A stretch of DNA of 64,000 nt, taken from assembly GCA_043228905.1 (NCBI GenBank), contig JBHGNT010000004.1:15252001-15316000 (forward strand), read 5' to 3'. This DNA comes from Azolla caroliniana (lineage: Eukaryota > Plantae > Polypodiophyta). The translations under genes were made by a program, and so were the position numbers. A model generated the notes under the pieces. It was not told the origin of the DNA. It saw nothing but the letters and a program-made list of their open reading frames with translations, and did no database searches. Shown here piece by piece: positions 38,268 to 51,702 of the stretch. The first letter of the stretch is position 1, and each line of letters opens with the position of its first letter.

Positions 38268-38330
38268 CAAGAGAGTCTTGAACTCTACACCTCCCCATGT
38301 ATACTTATAAGCCTTAACCACTAAGCTACT
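38268..38330 (-). promoter_or_regulatory. tRNA-like A/B-box cassette in the putative LTR remnant of G
   Basis: Minus strand TAGCTTAGTGG, then 32 nt, then GAGTTCAAGAC. Confidence 0.5.
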
Positions 38331-39940
38331 ACAACTTTATTATTATTATTATATTTTCATTCATATATTACTTTATGACATGTGCGTCAAGCTTCGCTTT
38401 TTCTCACACTACACACGCCACACCACGACAACATTATATGTACATAACGCTAATTACCCCTTTGTTTGTTTGTGTTTTGTGTGTTACCATTACACAATGA
38501 ATATCAACAACAATACATTATATTATATTCAAAATGAGATCACACTAATCACTTATACAATAATTCATTTTAATTGAAAGGATGAAGCCAAAGTATTGCC
38601 ATTCAATCAACACTATGGATAAAATTGAGCTAAATGATATACACAAGAAACCAAAAAATGTGGAAAATGGCTATAGAAAATATCAATGACAATATGGAAA
38701 TTGTGAACAACATATTGAATGTTTTATGTATTATATCGTGAAGTTTTTCTTTTATAGTTAGTTGCAATCGTAATGGTGGAAATTGGTGATCATTTTTGCT
38801 AGTACAATTGATATTGATCTTCAAGTACTATAGTAATGACCTGAAGTTGCAACTCGTGTTTACTTATGCCTTTTGCAAACATAAAGAAGATGTGTGAAAC
38901 ATACTGAAACCCAAAGAAACATGGTGACAAATCAACACATTTATTTGGGTTTTGGTATGTTTATGCCTTCATGTTTATGTTTCGTATACAAGAAGTTCAA
39001 CATTCATCTCTAACTTTAATGTTAGCTTGAAAAATAAGTTTTAAGCCTCACAAAACCAACCACAATTTGGATGTGGCAAGCCAAATTGCGAAAGTTCATA
39101 GTGAGAGGGCAAGGAATTATAATTTATGACTATGATTGCATTAGTTATATATTGTAGCAAACTTGCTCTTTCTTTCCTTTAAGTTGCATAGTTCTCCCAT
39201 ATACTTCTATGGGTTGCACTATCATACCAAGTAGATCATTAGGGACACATCTTTATTGTAGCCTCATCAAATTGTAGTCATATAGCAGAATGAAACATTC
39301 AGTGTTATTAAGAGGGCATTGTCAATATTCCTTTGGTACAATAGTCTACATTTTGCACGGGTTCCTACCTTTGTTATACATTGATCGTTTTCAAAGTATC
39401 ATCTCTTCTAAGATTTAAGTTATACATTGACCCTTCAATTCCTTTTCCTTGTTATCACATTACAACACACTTGTAGTTCAACTTGCTCGATGAGTACATG
39501 ATAGTATGTAATGGACATGTCACAATGTAACGAGAGTTCTGTCATCACAATCATCAGTCATGAAAATAGATGGTGATGGATTGGGTGACTAGAATTGGGC
39601 ACTTGGATCTATTTCATCATAAATAGTTTATAGTTGGTTAGGAAATAGAGGTTTCCAAACAACAAATGTGTTTTAAAAGTAGGGTTATGTTGGTGCTTAT
39701 ATTTGGCATAGAAAATTTTGTGACCATTAGCAATGTGATAAATCATGTAGGAGGTGTGGCACTGGTGTTTGTAACTGGGTGGTTACACTAAGGTATAATG
39801 AAGCATGGCACACGCTTTGATGGGAAGTCATGAACTGACGAACATAACAAGGAGGTGGTGTGTGGGATGACGAAACATAAACAATACACCTTTACATTAC
39901 AAAAGTTTTGTTGTGAAGAGCTTGGGATTATCATAGAGTC

Positions 39941-42900
39941 TTTTTTTCTTTTAGTAAAACTTTTATTGCTAGTGGGAAACCTCAAAGTGAGGTGAAAACC
40001 CACAAAGAATAAAGAAAAATATACAAGTGTCAATTAGACACTAAAGAGCTTAAAAGCACTCAAAGCAAAGGTTGTAATTTTGGAGTGTGATGTCTCTAAG
40101 TTGCAGACAATCAAATAGAGATTGCTTGAGGGACTGCTTAAGAAGCTAACTTCATGCAGTTGGTTTTGATCAAAGACCTTATTATTACGGGCTGTCAAAA
40201 TGGTCCAAAGTGCCCAAAATCGAGTCCATTGGAGAAAATAGGCATTGTCGGATAGGGCGCATGGAATTTGTCCAAATATCCAAAAGTGTTTACCAAACCT
40301 TCGGCCAGGAAATCTGTGATAAAGAGATGCACTTAGTCGTTGTACAAATGTTATAGTGAATGAACAAGTCCATAATAAGTGTGGGATTGTTTCCAATCGT
40401 CCACCACATCTTGCACAATGTGGCGAGGCTATCGATCGCTTTTGAAGATTAGACCCAGTCGAGAGCACACCCAATAAGCATCTCCATAGGAATACCCGTT
40501 GCTTAAGTGGAAGACCAGAGCTCCATAAGCTTGCAAGCCTGTTATTCCACCAGGACTGCATTTTGTGTAGGTTCCATAATGCATTTGCATGTGTGTGAAA
40601 CCATGGGACAGGTTGAACAACATATACACTGAATGTGCTGTAATGTTATGCATTGGAATAACAGTGTTCCCTTTTTGTAACATCCAATCTTGAATCCTAC
40701 GATCTCCATTGAGAGGTGGCACAGGTACTAAGGAAAGCACCAACTCAGTGACTTGATTCCATATAATGCGATGATGTGGCCCAAGATTATAGCGACATGT
40801 CATGTCATTGAAATGCAATAAGTGACCTTGGTCATTTACCACATCTACAATTGATTTCAGCCCCTTCTTTGCTAAAAAATAAGCTTTCCTAGGCTCTTGT
40901 TCAGCTAATGACTGTGGGAATATAGCACTCCAGTCTAAGCTTTCGAGGCGTAAAGAGTTCCTGATTCTGAATTCCTACCTCTCCATTTTATGTGGTGCAA
41001 TATGTCCTTCCAGTGCTTTAGAAGCTTTGAGCTAAACGGACAACCTTTGATGTGCCTGTCAAGCTTTCCAAACACTACATCCCAATGATTAGTTTCCCAT
41101 GAGCCAAATGACTGAGTTTTTAAATGATCAAACATATCAGATAGCATTCTTGCCCAAGGCAATGTTTTTTCAGCAAATTTCGACAATAAAGTAGCTTTTC
41201 TAGCCAACATATGCAAATGCAAATTAAGAAAATTTTGCCCTCCACTCAATCGTGGAGTGCATATCTTCTCTAGTATTAAAAGTCGTATACCTCTATGCGA
41301 CTGCTTAGAGCACCAAAAGTTGCTTATGATTTTTGAGTTAATCTTTTGTATCATGTGTTTCGGCCAATCAATCATAATTACGTAATACTGCATATAAGCC
41401 ATGAATATTGATTGCACTATCCTCAATCTGACATGGAGTGGCCATGTTGCAATCTTCCAATAGCTTAGCTTTTGTCTCACTTTTTGCAGAACCCATTCAG
41501 CCTTTCTTTTCCCTGTTGCATTCCATCCCAATGGATAGCCAAGATGTCTAACCATTTCATTTGGGCTAACAACCTGACCTGGCCACAGAAGTTGATGCCA
41601 ACTATATGGCGTCAAGGGTAGAAGTTTGGACTTGTTGAAGTTAACATGCAATCCAGTAGCCAATCCATACAATTTGAGGGCATCCATAATCACCCTCATA
41701 TCATTTGGATTGTTTTGTGATAGGAATGATGTATCATCTGCATATGCTTGAGCCACAAAATCATGTTCGTCTTTCATTTGCAAACCATTAAGTTGAACAA
41801 TTGATACTAGATTATCCATGCACAATAGTAGTGGATGATCCATGTAAGTGCATACAACAATGCACTTATAGGACAACCTTGTCGTACTGATTTGGCTAAG
41901 CTCCATGAATCTGTCAATTCACCCTCAATAATGCATGAAGATGTGCTAGACCCATAAAGCCAATAGATTACTCGAGACATTTTTGGACCAAATCCTAGTT
42001 TGACCATTGTGGCTGCCACAAAATCCCATTGGATGGTGTCAAAGGCCTTTTCAATCTCAATTTGCATGAGCAATACATCTTGTTTGGTGTATTTGGCATA
42101 CTCCATTCCAATATAAGCATTAGCAATATTATCTATAATTTGCCTTCAAGGAATGAACCCATACTGGGTTTACGTGTATGCATCCCAACAAAGTGTCCTT
42201 AATACGATTAGCAATTATCTTTGCAATAAGTTTGTAGATCACTGGCATGAGAGTGATTGGTCGCCAATCTGAAAAGGATTCACATAGTTTCTTTTTGGGT
42301 ATTAATTTGACCAAACCTTCTTTCCATGAGATCGGCATATCCCATTGTTGCCAAGCATTATTTGCCATAGATGGGATTAAATCCTTAAGAACATCCCAAA
42401 ATTCTGTAATGAACTCTAACATAATACCATCCCAACCAAGCGCTTTGCCTTTCCCAAGGCCCTTTCGAGCCTCCAAGAGCTCCTCCATTGTGAATGTTGC
42501 ATCCAAAGCAATAGCTTTATCAACACAAATAGTGGGTTGAACTAGTGACAAGAATGTATCTCTAGCTTGTTTAACTGCATTTGTAACAACAACATTGTTC
42601 TCAAAGATGTGAGAGAAGCAAGTTACACATTCCTTGGCTAGTTCAAGTCAGTTTGTAGTCCACAAACCATCACCAGTTTTGATGAATTTAATGGATTCCC
42701 TTTGGCGTATTAGATGCAACCTTTTGAAGAAGGATTTCGAAGAGCATCCTTTGTCTTTCAATGGAATTTGTCTTGACCTAACTTGCCATTTTTCCAATTT
42801 ATTTTTGTCATGTAGCATCAATGTGTGTTTGGCCACACACAATGCATCCTCTTCATGTAAAGTCAAAGATATTCTATGTGCTAACTCCGTTAGGGCGTGA

Positions 42901-44045
42901 CAAGTAAATTTGGCTTGTTGAATGTAATCTCTTTGTCTTGAGACATACCACTTCCCATACTCTTGTATTATTGTTTGTAATATATGTACAAAATGTACCC
43001 ATGCTATATCAACATCTATGTTGACTTCTACATAAAGAGGAGGTATTATGTCATAGACCATCCTCTTGAAGAGTTCATGCTTGAGGTAGTTGTTGTTAAT
43101 GAGCATAAGTCTCTTCCTTTGGAGATGCAATTCATAGGTATGATTCCCAAAATCAAGGTCTAGTCAGACAGGAGCATGATCTGACAACTGCAAAGCATGA
43201 TCTATATGCATTGTACATGTGAAATTTTCATACTAACTAGCATGCAACAAATACCATCTATCAAAGCTTGCATAATATGCGGAGTGGGTGGTGTGATGAA
43301 AGGTAAAACCAAGAACATGTGGGTGTGTCACTTGCGATAAATCAACCCAATCCAAAGAGCTTTGCATATTATACCACTGACCTTGTTCCCCTCTCAACAT
43401 ATGTGAGTGCCCACTAGTGTTATCACCTGCATCTGGAGAGTTGTTGAAATCTCCACATATAAATGCATTTTGTGGCTATGGATAAGCACAAATGTCTTGC
43501 CAAAGTAAAGCTCTATCCCTTGAGGCATTTGGGGCATATATTCCACCCAAATCATATGTCTCGCAATTTATCATGCATTGGACAACCATCCACCTCCCAC
43601 GTTGATCATTATAGGCAACCGTAGGATTTAGCTCATGTTTTATTATCATAAGCACTCCAGATGTTGTACCTTGGTCGAAATGTACCAACTTGACCACTGG
43701 ATTCAACTTGTTTATGTTCTTGAACACAAATTACATCTACTTGAGAAGAGGTAATATAGTTCCAAAATCATTTCCATTTACTAGGGTTACAAAGACCCCG
43801 TATATTGAAGGAGACACATTTGACTTGTTTATGCATGATTAATATGGTTGAAGATATAAAACAAAGCAAAATACTAATCTGATTGCATATTAGTATCACT
43901 GCCATGCTTATTTGCATGAAGCCTAATATCTGCATTTGATCCATCTTTGTAAATGTCCACATATGAGCCTCTACTCACCCTTGAGACTGAAGAGAGCATT
44001 GAAACATTAATATGTAAAGATGAACCTTGACTCTCAAGTGCGTGC
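39941..44045 (-). mobile_element. L1-clade LINE, 5'-truncated (no ORF1), with A-rich tail and 17-bp TSD
   Basis: GGGATTATCATAGAGTC at 39924-39940 and 44046-44062; T-run at 39941-39952. Confidence 0.93.
40034..43836 (-). pseudogene. LINE ORF2 (AP endonuclease - RT - C-terminal zinc knuckle), disrupted
   Basis: SFNIRGL, IYAPN, GDFN, SDH; WRPITL, KAFD, RQGCP, YADD; CARCGGRLETIPHLLWTC. Confidence 0.92.
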
Positions 44046-44488
44046 GGGATTATCATAGAGTCAGAGAGTGCTCGTGGTTGAAAAGCCCTACAACAAGGTG
44101 GTGGGAAAGGGTTGGGGGAGGGGGGACACTTTGTTGTGTGCTTGCCACCCATTCGATACAAATCTAAAGACAGATATATTAACGTCTTCTAAGGCCAAAA
44201 TTGGCCCACTAGACAATTGGTGTACAAGAAGAGAGAGAGCGCAAGGCCCAAGAGTATAAGATTAGATTATTCTGTTTCTCTCTCTCTCTCTCTCTTCCAA
44301 GTGACTCATGCTTACTTAATTAATGAATGATTGAATGAATGAATTAAAAGTAGGAAGAAATAGATGGATGGATGGAAACCGAAGCCACAAAAAATGTGGT
44401 TCAGAGAGAGGAGAGGGAGGATGATGATTCCATTATAATTTATATAACACACACACACACACACACAGAGGCCGCAGAGGCAGAGGCG

Positions 44489-44754
44489 ATGGCGATGGCG
44501 ATGGCGAAGTGGAGGTCCGCTGGTCGTTGTACCGCTCTGTGGCTGTGGATTGTATGTGCCCTTCTCAAAGTCTTCTTGGAGAAGGAGGTCGATTGTGTCC
44601 CGTGTCTGTCCATCGAGTGCCCCTCATATACAGTCGTGCACCAAGCTCATGATTTCTCTGTCAGGCTCTACGACGTTAACTCCACGGTGTGGGTGTCTAC
44701 CTCTGCGATTGAAGACATCTCCTTCTCTGCCGCCACCCTTTCAGGCTTCCTCAG
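44489..44754 (+). CDS. SOUL/heme-binding protein family gene, exon 1 (signal peptide; IECPSYTVV)
   Basis: ATG after a TATATAA at 44441, hydrophobic N-terminus, donor AG|GTTAGT at 44755. Confidence 0.9.
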
Positions 44755-45414
44755 GTTAGTGGATTTGATTTTGCTTTGGTAAACACTAATTATTTTAGTT
44801 TAATTCCTAAGCCTTTTCTCTTTTATTCTACTTTTCCGGCTGTTTACTTTCGAAATACCTGTTGCATTTGCGCACAACAGTGGCTCAACTCCCATGTGAT
44901 TTATCACACCTTTCCTATGGCTATTCTAAGGGCTGTAGAAAAAATTAGGGTTTCGGAATAGGCTTAAAGAAAGAGTATGGAAAAACTGGTGTTTGCCAGG
45001 AGGCTTTGTAATATCAATATGTGGAGAGAAAAACAGGTAAGGAAGCTATGTATGCAAGAAATAGGGTGGTCTTTATAAAGCAACAAAGGAAAGGTGGCTA
45101 TGCTAGAAATAGGATTTTCAAGGGTTCTAATGGAAGCAAGAAAGCTTTCAATTGTTATTTCATTTAGAATGATAATGAAAGGAAACTAGTTATGAAGGAA
45201 AGAGCTTTCTAGTTTGGATTCTTTAGGGTATGAAAATAAAAGGTTAGAAGGTTTTATTAAAGAAAAGTAGTTGCACTAGTCACAAGAAAAAAAAAAAAAA
45301 CTTTGATTGATTTAGCTTCGTGGAAGCAAATTTCGTCCTATTGCAAGTTTTTTGGGTAAAAATATCCATTTTTTCTATTCATTCATACCCCTCTTTTTTC
45401 TGTTTCTTTATCAG

Positions 45415-45853
45415 GCTTTTCAAGTACATTCAAGGCGGGAATGAGGAAGGGGTGACAGTGAATATGACTGCGCCTGTGCTTACGGGAATAACACCTTCTG
45501 ATGGACCCTTTTGTCAAACCACCTTTATTGTGAGGTTCTTTGTTCCTCTGGCATTCCAAGCTAGCCCTCCCATACCCTTATCCAACCTAGATCTCAATGT
45601 GGAACGTTGGGATTCACCCACATATTTCGCTGTCCGTGAGTTCAGTGGCTTTGCATCTGATACTGATGTTACTCACGAGGGGGCTACTCTTGCAGCGAGT
45701 ATTGATGCGGCTGGTTTCAGTATCACTTCTACCCCTAAAGATGAAGTCTACATCATTGCCCAATACAATTCTCCCTTTGATATCACAGGGCGTGTCAATG
45801 AGGTGTGGCTACCCATTTCCATCAATGCCACTTCTCGTCTCAATGTTGCATAA
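45415..45853 (+). CDS. SOUL/heme-binding protein family gene, exon 2 (spliced product about 234 aa)
   Basis: Polypyrimidine tract plus CAG acceptor at 45414. Splicing gives GFLRLFKYIQG, followed by the MTAPV, AQYNSPF and RVNEVW SOUL motifs. Confidence 0.92.
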
Positions 45854-47214
45854 TAATGAAGAATTACATGCACATGCTTTGTTGGTCAAGCTTAATGTTC
45901 TAGTAAGCAGAGTATGACTTCAAATGGTCATTGTACGAATATTTTCTTGAACCCAAACATGACAAGGGCCATGCATTGACAATGATGCCTCTAATTGTTA
46001 TAATAAGAATGTAATCCTTTATTGGGTTTGATGCCCATTGCAAAGCTCCTGCATGGAAGCATTTAATCAATGCCCTTTCTTGTGTGTGCACAGATACAAA
46101 ATGAATTATGTTACTGGTTGCAAACCTCAAAGTGATTTTGAAAACCTGCACTTGTGCTAAATACATGATTGGTCACTTGCTCATCCACATTCAATCTTTT
46201 TAGCAAGGTGTTTTTTTCAATGTCATTAAAGACATCAGATACAGAATGTGTTGTTGGAGGGAAACCTGAATAATCGATATTGATAGAAAAACCGGTTCCT
46301 CAAAATCATGTTGGCTGTGAAGGTCTTAAGGTCATATGGTGAAAAGTCAAAAACCTTTTGCACTTATGAGGTAAGTGTAGATGGTGAATAACTAGTAAAA
46401 AAAATGCTATAGTGGGAGACGTTTAGAGTAGACGAATAAGGATTTCAATTGCTTTGTCACATCTCCTAGAATTGGTTGATGAACTCTACTTCCACTATAC
46501 TTCCTAGAATTGGTTGATGGACTCCCCCTTAGTCTACATCAACACGTCGACATAGGTAACCCATTAGTAGGTCATCATATTAAATCAAGGAGTGAAAGTC
46601 CTAGAGTTGCGTTAGTGCATACATGTCATACTCCATTAGGTTAAAATCTTGACACAGATTCAATATTGCCCCATAACTCCAACATCTTCTAGGCAAGCAA
46701 GTATGTTGGGATACTATGGTATATAAACATATGCGATGTTGCTAAATACTTTGTGATGTGGTAGATCCAGATTTCTTTCATAGAACCACTCTCGTAGAGT
46801 CAGTACATGTACCCTCATTGTTATGCACTGATTTATCAAGTAGATGGTTTTAGACATTGTGTCTTGTTGCTCATATTCTTCTCGTTTACCGTACTGTGAG
46901 CTGCTTTGTTTTTATTGTGGTTCTAACTTTCCATTACTCCATTTTGTTTTGGCATATAAATTGGTGGTGAAATCCTTTTTTCTAGAGGAATTCAAAGATC
47001 TAATTGAACAATTATTCTCCTCTGCCATTGAATATGAGGCATTGGATCTTCAACAAAGCCTCTTTTTCCACCATACTCTTGAACATGCAGGAATTTGTCA
47101 CACACCACCCTTTTTTTGCATATGTTAGAACTATGTATGACAAGTGTGATTGTCGATGAAACATTCACCAAATGTTTCGGTCTGAGCAAGTGCCCATATC
47201 TGATTCAATGACAT

Positions 47215-47650
47215 CCAAGATGTTGCTGCTTCTAATCTTGTAGAAATGGATGGAATGTTGTTTTCCAAATTAGCATGCTTCTGATCTTATAATTATAGAT
47301 GGCAACATTATTTTTTAAATTGACATGCTTCACATACTCCACTCATCTGATTTTTGTGAAGATCAAGACATTGCTACTTCTAATCTTGTAGAAATGGATG
47401 GGGTGTTGTTTCCCAAATTGGCATGCTTCACATACTCCGCTCCCAAATTGACATGCATCACTTTCTAAATTGGCATGCTTGACTCATTTTCTATGAAGAT
47501 CAAGACACTACTACTTCCAAACTTGCAGAAATGGATGGAGTATTATTTGCCAAATTGGCATTCTTCTAGTCTTATAGAAATAGATGGCAAGGTTGTTTTC
47601 CAAATTAGCATGCTTCAAATACTCCCCTCATTTGATTTTATGTAAAGATC
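47215..47650. repeat. Degenerate tandem array of about 50-bp units (CTTCTAATCTTGTAGAAATGGATGG...CCAAATTGGCATG)
   Basis: At least five diverged copies visible. Confidence 0.7.
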
Positions 47651-48187
47651 AAGAGTCCATTGATGACTCCTTTTGGTTGTATGTTTCCCATCTTTTGTGC
47701 CACATTTCAATGTCTAACATGACCTATTGTCCTAAGGCGTGCACAAAATGTCAATATTTCTATGTCTAACATGACCTATTGTCCTTAGGCGTATATAAAA
47801 TGTCAATATCAAGATTTGAACTTGTAACCTTTACACGAAAGTCTCACACTCTAAACAATACACCAACTTATTTTAATTAACAAATATATTTTCATATTAT
47901 TATTTAGGGGCACTAGACACAATAGATGACCGCCAAATGGCATGCATGGGTGTGTACACAACATTTATGCCAAATGGCAATCATGTACAATCCTATGTAC
48001 ACTATATAAGTGGAAGATATGCTTAGTGTTGAACCATTCCGGTTCAACACCAGTCGTCAACAACCTTGTAATCTTGGTTTTTGGTAATAGAAATTCTTGT
48101 CTTCATGTCTTGTTATTCTCTTCTCGTTTGTTATTCTCTTCTTTTCTTCTAAGTCGACATCGTCTTCGAAGCTTGGGCCGTGACAGT

Positions 48188-48199
48188 TTGAACCAGAAT
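48188..48199 (+). promoter_or_regulatory. Self-priming PBS of element K
   Basis: TTGAACCAGAAT is complementary (11/12) to ATTCCGGTTCAA at 48036-48047, about 30 nt downstream of TATATAA (48003). Confidence 0.72.
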
Positions 48200-48264
48200 C
48201 CACATTTTTTCTCAAGAATCTAGTCAAATTTTCCCGTCACAATGGAGACCGTCATTAAACAAGA

Positions 48265-48700
48265 TGTTGAGATATCAAGCTCAAGTATATTTAGTTAGCT
48301 AGTCAACACACATGACTTAGTAGTTACCTAGATAGAATCTAGTTAGTGTGTTGACCTTAAAGCCGTAAATAGGATTTTGTACTTGAGTGGGATACATTGT
48401 AGATCCTCCACTCCCATGTTCATTTAATATAGGACTTACACTGTTGTACCTATATTCTACTCACACATGTGCACCTTTGCACATGAGATGTAGATATACC
48501 TCATTGTGAATATTTTTGATTTTGATGATGCTTTCTAATATAGTTAATCATCCCCCATCTTGTCTCGTTGTTCATAAGTGTGAACTTCCTCTCTCTCTTA
48601 CTCTCATACACATACACACACATATCACTTAATCTTCCGGTTAGCTTAATCGCATAATTAGGTACTAATTAACCCATACTTAATTACCTAATTCTTAACA
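48265..48700 (+). repeat. 5' LTR of copia I
   Basis: Direct repeat of 51703-52138. Confidence 0.95.
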
Positions 48701-48869
48701 TGGTATCAGAGCATGTGGTTTAGAAAATTCACTAAGCCCATCCGACTCCGTGTTTGTGTGTTCGAGACGCGGACGACAAAATCCGGTTATCCGCTATCGT
48801 AGTGCCACTACGTAGCACGTGTATGTGATCAAAGGAAGAAAAGCAAAAGAAGAGAATACACTAATCAAC

Positions 48870-51540
48870 ATGAACACACAAATGGGTAGCTTGCTCGCTA
48901 GTGAAAAGCTAAACCAGAGCAATTATTCATCTTGGGAGTACAAGATGAACCAATACCTCACCAACCAAGGGTATTGGAGCTACATCAACGACACACTCGA
49001 AAACAAACCCGACATCACAAACGCCAACTACCCAACATGGGAGCAAGGAGCGAGTCGGGTAATGTATTGCTTGGCAACATGTGTCCATGACCACATGCTT
49101 AGCCACATTCGAGACGCCAAGTCACCTAAAGAGGCGTGGGCGAACTTGAAGAAGATGTTCACCGCCAACACGACCACCCGAAAGCTTCAACTCTGACAAG
49201 AGTTGAACAACATTCGGCAAAAAGATATGTCTGTGTCGGACTACACCACCAAGATCAAGACCATTTGCAACTCTCTTGGCTCCATCAACATAAACGTCGA
49301 TGAAGACGAGATGGTTCAAGTATGCTTGGGCAGCCTCGCACAATGATTCAACTCGTTGAGGACGGCAATCTTGGCGAAGGAAAACCTCCTTCGTTCTTTG
49401 AACTTCAATCAATGCTAATGGTTAAAGCTACATCTGAACCAAGACCAAGATGTCGGAAGGACAAATGTTCTTCTCGAATTCGGACAGTGGCCGAAGATGA
49501 GGTTGAGGCGGTAGAAGAGGTTGATTTGACCCATCACACGAAGGGAACTCAAACCTTTGACAACAAGACGGAAGTCATCGAGGAAACATTGGAAGAAGGG
49601 GGAGCTTCCATCCCAAACAAGGTCGACAAACGAGGCCCGCAACTTGCAACTATTGCAGCAAAATCAGCCATCCTGAGGAGGAGTGCTGAAAAGAAGAAGC
49701 GATTCGACTTCGACAATCCGACAACTCACAAATTACGCCACCAACTCCAAATACAATGATTACTGTGGACTATTCGTAATGAGACATAGAGTGAACTCTA
49801 TGTTGGTCTTTGACTCCATGAGCACCTCCAACTCGGAAGACGTGTGGTTCATCGACTCCAGCACCTCACATCATATGACGTGACACCAAGAGTGGTTTCG
49901 TGAATTATGAACGCCGGATTGACCCGGCTTCATAGAGATGGGAGATGACACCACACATCCCATTCAACACATCAGCAATGTCCCATTCGGGAAAGAAAGC
50001 AAGCAAACTTGCATCAAGAGTGTCTTGCACGTGCCCACAATAACAAAGAATTTGGTCAAATCGTGGAGCAAGGCATGCAAATTCATTTCAACAACGAAGA
50101 GCGCTTCATCAAGAAAGATGGTTGAGTCATAGCTAAAGGATGGAGAGATGGTCGAATGTTCATTCTTAATTTGAATGAGGTGAAATCGGCCATGTATGCC
50201 AAAGGTCTCAAAACCGAGACAAGCATCGACTTGTGGCACAAGAGAATAGGCCACATAAACCTCCAACGGCTTCGAGTGATGCAAACAAAGGGATTTGTCA
50301 TCGGACTTTCGGCATTCGAGTTGAAATGAGTCGACCGAGTGTGCGAAACATGCCAACTCGGCAAACAACATCGACTCCCATCCCAAAGGAGAGCTCCACA
50401 AGCAAAGGCCTCCTCGACATCATACATTCAGATATACGGGGACCGGCTCAAACGCTGACGATCAGCGGATGCCGATACTATGTCACCTTCATCGACGACT
50501 ACTCCCGCTACATGTGGATCCTTCCGATGAAGAAGAAGAGAGAAGTGCTCTCCAAGTCGAAAAAGAAACCGGTCGGCACATTTGATGCCTACAATCGGAT
50601 GGAGGCAAGGAGTACTTCTCTGACGAATTCATCTCCTACCTCCAAGGTGAAGGCATCTAGAGAGAATTCTCATGCCGACACACATCCCAACAAAATAGAG
50701 TTGCCAAAAAGAAGAATCGGCACATACTCGAGGTAGCATGCGCCATGATGCATGAGAAGCACATGTCGAACTTCTATTGGGCCGAAGCAGCATCCACGAC
50801 CGTGTATCTCATGAATCGATGCACCACTAGTGAAGTGCATGAGCTAACTCCATACGAGCTCCTTGTCGGAAGGAAGCCGATCCTATCACACCTCAAGGTG
50901 TTTGAAAGCATTGCAAATGTACGCATCCCGAATGAAAACCGACAGAAGCCCGACGCGAAGTCGGAGAAATGCATCCTCGTAGGATACTCATCTGAGAAGA
51001 AGGCATACAAGTGCTATAACCCTTTGACCTGAGTGGTTCGGGTGAGTCGAGACGTAATGAATCGACATCTTGGTATAAGCCCGATTCAGCTTCATCCGAA
51101 CCGACCGAGGAAGAGTTGAACGTCAACTCAGAGGACGATATTCGGCCAAGTCCTTTACGAAAGGAAAATCCAAGCTCTACCAAGCTAAGTGGCACACATG
51201 AGCCTTCACGCGACCAAAGCAGGTCATGGCCAAGTCTGAACTTGGACAAAGGGAAAGGTAAGATGCCCGAATACGAAGTCGACCACCCCGACGATAGTGA
51301 TTCAGATGTGTCGGCTCGCTTACTAGACAGTGAGTTTGGTGTATCCATCATGTAGACGCCCGGAGTAAAGAAAACGTTCACATTGGCGAGCAAAAAACTT
51401 CAACACTCATCTAGTCACTTGGCTTAGCTACAATGAGTATATGGCCCATCATTATCCCTTCGCGATGAAGGTAGCGCCCGAACAAGAGCCTGAGAGCTCT
51501 ACAAAAGTGGCTCGTGACCCATGATGGGTGAAAGCAGTCG
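48870..51540 (+). pseudogene. Copia I gag-PR-INT, heavily disrupted
   Basis: MNTQMGSLLASEKLNQSNYSSWEYK, WFIDSS, YYVTFIDDYSR, KSEKCILVGY. Confidence 0.88.
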
Positions 51541-51702
51541 ACCCAAGCCTTCGTCACAGGCTTGAGGGGGAGGAACTGAAACTACCACGAAAATGCCGAC
51601 GCCGAAGACGCCGAAAGCTGAACAGAAGCCGGCATCGAAAGCCGGACAACGCCGAAAGAAAAACCGGATGTCGTTTGTCTCACACTTGAGCTTGAGGGGG
51701 TG

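Larger units (their letters stand above)
29682..38430 (-). mobile_element. Element G: Phygy/Selgy-like gypsy element, internally deleted, interrupted by copia H
   Basis: Pol 29682-32564 plus 37844-37934; ORF1 end 37932-38140. Probable start of the 5' LTR (TGTCGTGG) at 38430, with most of the LTR and gag deleted. Confidence 0.82.

Noticed and set aside
39480-39790. Possible MULE transposase remnant (PSIFMTDD on the minus strand)
   Set aside because: Only a single short motif with no supporting ORF or termini.
44372-44488. Upstream ATG extending the SOUL protein N-terminus
   Set aside because: The extension crosses the TATA box and an (AC)n tract and would bury the signal peptide. ATG 44489 (or 44495/44501) is more plausible.
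46800-47200. Possible decayed transposase or integrase fragment
   Set aside because: The similarity is too weak to support by eye.
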